Shown piece after piece: positions 60,648 to 64,000 of a DNA stretch of 64,000 nt. The notes below the pieces were generated by a model, which saw only the letters and a list, made by a program, of their open reading frames with translations, had not been told where the DNA came from and searched no databases. This stretch comes from a virus: IMG/VR virus record IMGVR_UViG_2571042447_000001; one strand, given 5' to 3'. A program made the position numbers and the translations under genes. Each line of letters begins with the position of its first letter. The stretch's first letter is position 1.

Positions 60648-62082
60648 GCCGCCACCCCCAACGATTCTGCGACGGCCGCGATCAGGTCACGTGCGGCCGG
60701 TGGCGTCACGGCGTTTCCGGCCTGCCGCACCTGTTCGCGTTTGTTGCCGAGGATCGTGTAGTCCGACGGGAAGGCCATTCCTGCTGCGATCTCGTGCGGT
60801 TCGAGCATCCGGAACAAGCAATCGTCGACGGACAGCGACTCGGCGCTGGCCAGACCGTGATGCAGTCCGTTCGCTGCGAACGTATCGAGCGGATCGGTGA
60901 TCGATTTCACGGTGTTGTTGTTCCGCATCGGCACGACGAATGCGTGATGGATTCCGCCTGCCGACACCGTCGAAATCGGTTCGTCAACATGATGATTCTT
61001 CGACTGCCCGCGCATCACCGACAGGAAAGCGACGGCAGTTTCGTTTCGTGCTGTCATCGTCCGAAGCGGGTCGACTGCGGACCGTGCTTGCTTCCCGTCA
61101 CGACCCTCCACTGGCACGAGCAGCGCTGGCACGGTTGATGCCGTCAACGTCGGCAAGTGGCGTCAGTGCTCGTCGACATCTGCGCAAGGTTGCTTCGCGG
61201 CGTGTACGCGCGTTGCACGAATGGTGCCGCATACTTTGCCAAGCCGGCCTCGATCCGGGCCAACGTCTTCGGCGCCAACGGCTTGGCTCGGTCCCCGATT
61301 CGCTCCCCGATGATCGACCAATCGATCGCCGACGCAGCGGGGAGCCAACGGGGCTCGACAATCGAGTTGCGGCAGGCCACGTTCGGGCACCGCCAGTGGT
61401 ACTGCGAGCGGTAGCGCCCCCACTGGGTTGACTTCTTCCAGCCCTGGATTGCCGTCACGGTGGCATCGCAGGTCGAGCAGTGCGCCTCCGGTCGGGTCCA
61501 CTTGTCGAGGTCCGGGGCGCGGTTGCCCTTGAGCCAGAACACGACATACATCCTGTCTCTTGATTGCGGAGCTGGAAGTCCGCCGATCTGGGCGTGCATC
61601 GAGTTCATGTAGACGATCCGGTGGTTGTATCCGAGGAGGTCCATCGCTTGGAGCCACGCGGGGAACATGATCCACTTCGCGGCGTCGACGACGTTCTCGG
61701 TGATGATCGCTTCGTATCGGTGATGTTCGGCGAACCGCGGAATGTCCCACATCGTTGCGCGGGACCGTTCGGCAGCCGCGTCGGGCAACGTCTCCCCGAA
61801 CAAGTCCGGCGTCGAGTCGAGGTTTCGTTTGACGCCCTTCGCCTGAGAATGGTTCGTGCATTCGGGCGAACCCCACAGGATCGTCGTTCGAGGGAACCGC
61901 CGAGGATCGACCTGCGACAGATCGGCGCACTGGTGATCAGTGTTCGGATGGTTCGTGTTGTGGGTTTCGATCGCAAGTTCCCAGTGGTTCGCCGCCATAC
62001 GTACCGTGACGCCGGGCACTTGCGTCGCGCCGGTGCTCGATCCACCTGCGCCACAGAACAGGTCGGTGACCGTGATCGTCAT
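60644..62082 (-). CDS. DNA (cytosine-5) methyltransferase (apparent frameshift near 61160)
   Basis: DLFCGAGG (motif I), GSPEC (IV), ENV (VI), PQSRDR (VIII) and QAGNAV (X). Confidence 0.88.
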
Positions 62083-62300
62083 TGCGAGACCTCTTCCCAT
62101 TCCGTGACGGTCCGCGTCACGACCGCGAAGCTTCGCTCGCTGGATCGGGCTGCGGCTTGGGCTTCCTCGAGGGTGCTGAACAGCATCGGGAAGATCGAGC
62201 CGACCTCGGTTCGGAGTGCGAACTCTGTCCGAGTTGAGTCCATAGTTGTCTACTTTCGTCCTAGATACTCGACATCTGAGTGAATGAAAAGTGCTTGCTG

Positions 62301-62558
62301 TCAGGTGATTCCGAGCGCTTTGCCGATGGCGACGACCGTCGGGCAGTCCCGTTTGCGCCGCCGCCACATGCACGCCCGGCAGCCGTTTCGTTTCACGAAG
62401 GCCCGTTCACTGGGCTCAGGCCATGGTTCATGCAGTGCCATAACATCTTTCAGCGCTGTTACGGCTTGTTCGGCTTGCGTGTCCCAGGGGTCCATGCGTT
62501 CGAGACGCGCGAGGATGCGGAGGCGAAGGTCGGACCATTCGTGCCGACTGTCACTCAC
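62301..62558 (-). CDS. Hypothetical protein
   Basis: 85 aa; CRAC...CPT. Confidence 0.55.
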   Translation of the reverse strand: MSDSRHEWSDLRLRILARLERMDPWDTQAEQAVTALKDVMALHEPWPEPSERAFVKRNGCRACMWRRRKRDCPTVVAIGKALGIT

Positions 62559-62895
62559 GGTGCCTCAACACCCGGGTTCGCTATCTCGAGCAGGACGTCG
62601 GCATGACACGACTGATCAAGAGGACACCAACATGCCAGATCCTTCCCAGCGAGTTCAGTGCGGATCTGCGCCCAGGACATCGGAGATGTAGCGCAGTGAT
62701 GTGTAAGCGAAATAGGTCGACCGCTAAGCGTGAGGTGATCGGTTCTTCGATGCCGAACACTGGCATGTCGCCGATCCACGCTGATTCGTCACCTTCTCGG
62801 TACGGGTTTCCCCACTTGGTTGGCCGTCCGACGTACACGGCGCCTTCCGGCATCCGCCAACCGCGGGTCCGTCGGCGTTGAATACGTGTTGGCAC
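62555..62895 (-). CDS. DUF4326-domain protein (apparent frameshift near 62690)
   Basis: RIQRRRTRGWRMPEGAVYVGRPTKWGNPY...LAGKDLACWCP...CHADVL. Confidence 0.85.
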
Positions 62896-63144
62896 CTAAA
62901 TTCCTTCCTCGGCCGCTGCTGGATTCCGGCCGCGCCACCATGTGCGGGCGCCGTACGCGTAAGTCGCGCCATAGCCAATTGCCATAACGATGAATCCGTA
63001 TTGCTGAGTGGTGATTCCGAATGCAAACCAGAACAATTGCGCAAACAAGTTGAGCATCCAGCCCCACCAAACTCCACGGATCGCGAGAACAAGTCCTGTG
63101 ATTCCGAATGCCGCGAGTACGAAACTCCACACCATGTTGCTCAC
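62896..63144 (-). CDS. Small membrane protein
   Basis: Three hydrophobic segments. Confidence 0.65.
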   Translation of the reverse strand: MSNMVWSFVLAAFGITGLVLAIRGVWWGWMLNLFAQLFWFAFGITTQQYGFIVMAIGYGATYAYGARTWWRGRNPAAAEEGI

Positions 63145-64000
63145 GTCGCATCACCCGGGTAGCCGTCCCAGGTGCGGCCGTCGAGCTCGCGGCCAGTGGC
63201 CTTCTTGCCAACCCTCGTCATCTGGTTCACGCCGGGCCGGTAACGGTGGGCGTAGTGAGTGCCCTTTCCATTGGCAGCGTCGAGGTAAACGGTGTCACGT
63301 CCGACCTCGTCGGGTCCGATCGGCGTCCATTCGCCCCACTGTTTGAACAGGAACGGTACTTCGGCTGTTACGCACTGGTCACGCAACGATGTCGCCCACT
63401 CGGGATGCATCGGACGAGCGTTGCGGCCGGACTCGCCACCGACGATCACCCAGTCGATCCCCCGTCTTGGGAGGTGCAAGTCGTTCGGGCATTCGGCGGC
63501 CGGGCGGCCATGCCCGAGGCACCAGAACGGTGGTGCACCGACCTCTGCGAGATCGATGGGTCCGAGTAGCGGTTCAGCGCTGATGAACCGGACCGCCGCC
63601 GGCGTCTCAAGAAGCGCGGGGATTCTGATGTCTGCCCACTTCTGATCCTCCGTCGAGACGCCCAGCCAGACGTTCGGAAGTGGCCAGCAGTTTCCTTGCA
63701 TCAAATAGTCATGGCACGAATCGGAACGCCGATCATCAGTGAACTGCGCGGCTGCCAACGCAATTCGTGCGCGCACGTCGGGGTCGGAGAGGTATGAACG
63801 CATACGGCCATGACGCTTGGTGAGCAGCTGAAAAGTGTGCGTCGGACGATCGTGCACGAGATTTGCTGCCATCACCCCGAAGACCTGGTCGATGAAGTCC
63901 GTTGGAACGTCCGTGTGGAACAAGTCGCTCATCGAGTTCACGAACACTCGACGTGCGCGAGTCCAGCGCAGCGGTTGGTCGAGTTTGTCCGGCCGGAGCT
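63141..64000 (-). CDS. Phage Gp37/Gp68 (DUF5131) family protein, 5' end outside the window
   Basis: VFVNSMSDLFH, FQLLTKR, NVWLGVSTE, RFISAEPLLG, WVIVGGESG and PFLFKQWG motifs. Confidence 0.9.
   Translation of the reverse strand, partial: LRPDKLDQPLRWTRARRVFVNSMSDLFHTDVPTDFIDQVFGVMAANLVHDRPTHTFQLLTKRHGRMRSYLSDPDVRARIALAAAQFTDDRRSDSCHDYLMQGNCWPLPNVWLGVSTEDQKWADIRIPALLETPAAVRFISAEPLLGPIDLAEVGAPPFWCLGHGRPAAECPNDLHLPRRGIDWVIVGGESGRNARPMHPEWATSLRDQCVTAEVPFLFKQWGEWTPIGPDEVGRDTVYLDAANGKGTHYAHRYRPGVNQMTRVGKKATGRELDGRTWDGYPGDAT

Noticed and set aside
1-64000. Integrase/att site, reverse transcriptase/DGR, IS elements
   Set aside because: No recombinase, RT or transposase motifs and no TR/VR repeat pairs were recognised; they may lie outside the window.

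Overview
This window covers most of a large temperate siphovirus or prophage of a high-GC actinobacterium (Mycobacteriales-like; Rhodococcus/Gordonia-like by gene content). No integrase or clear lysis cassette is visible. The leftward late module (1-18.7 kb) has minor tail, tape measure, tail chaperones, major tail, head-tail proteins, P22-coat-type capsid, scaffold, MuF-type minor capsid, SPP1-type portal and terminase. An unusually large accessory region (19-56 kb) follows, then a replication/modification module (DnaB, loader, initiator, C5 methyltransferase, DUF4326, Gp37/Gp68). More than ten essential genes carry single-base, mostly homopolymer, deletions that look like sequencing error. 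The main observations are: (1) a T4 gene-60-like 46-nt coding gap (GUC-UAG in a long hairpin, then a matching GUC) splitting a conserved minor tail gene, suggesting programmed ribosomal bypassing; (2) a Ro60/Rsr (TROVE-vWA) gene preceded by five tandem Y-RNA-like units, three with permuted tRNA-like domains, with RNA end-processing genes nearby; (3) two intergenic islands of about 520 and 400 bp with no CG dinucleotide, each holding divergent SigA promoters with a shared ACTAT-N6-ATAG operator; (4) a second dispersed palindrome, TRTCTAN-N7-NTAGAYA; (5) a ScbR/ArpA-like TetR regulator, a MuF-metallopeptidase fusion and a PP-loop enzyme/Arg-rich peptide cluster. Family assignments come from motif recognition, not database searches.
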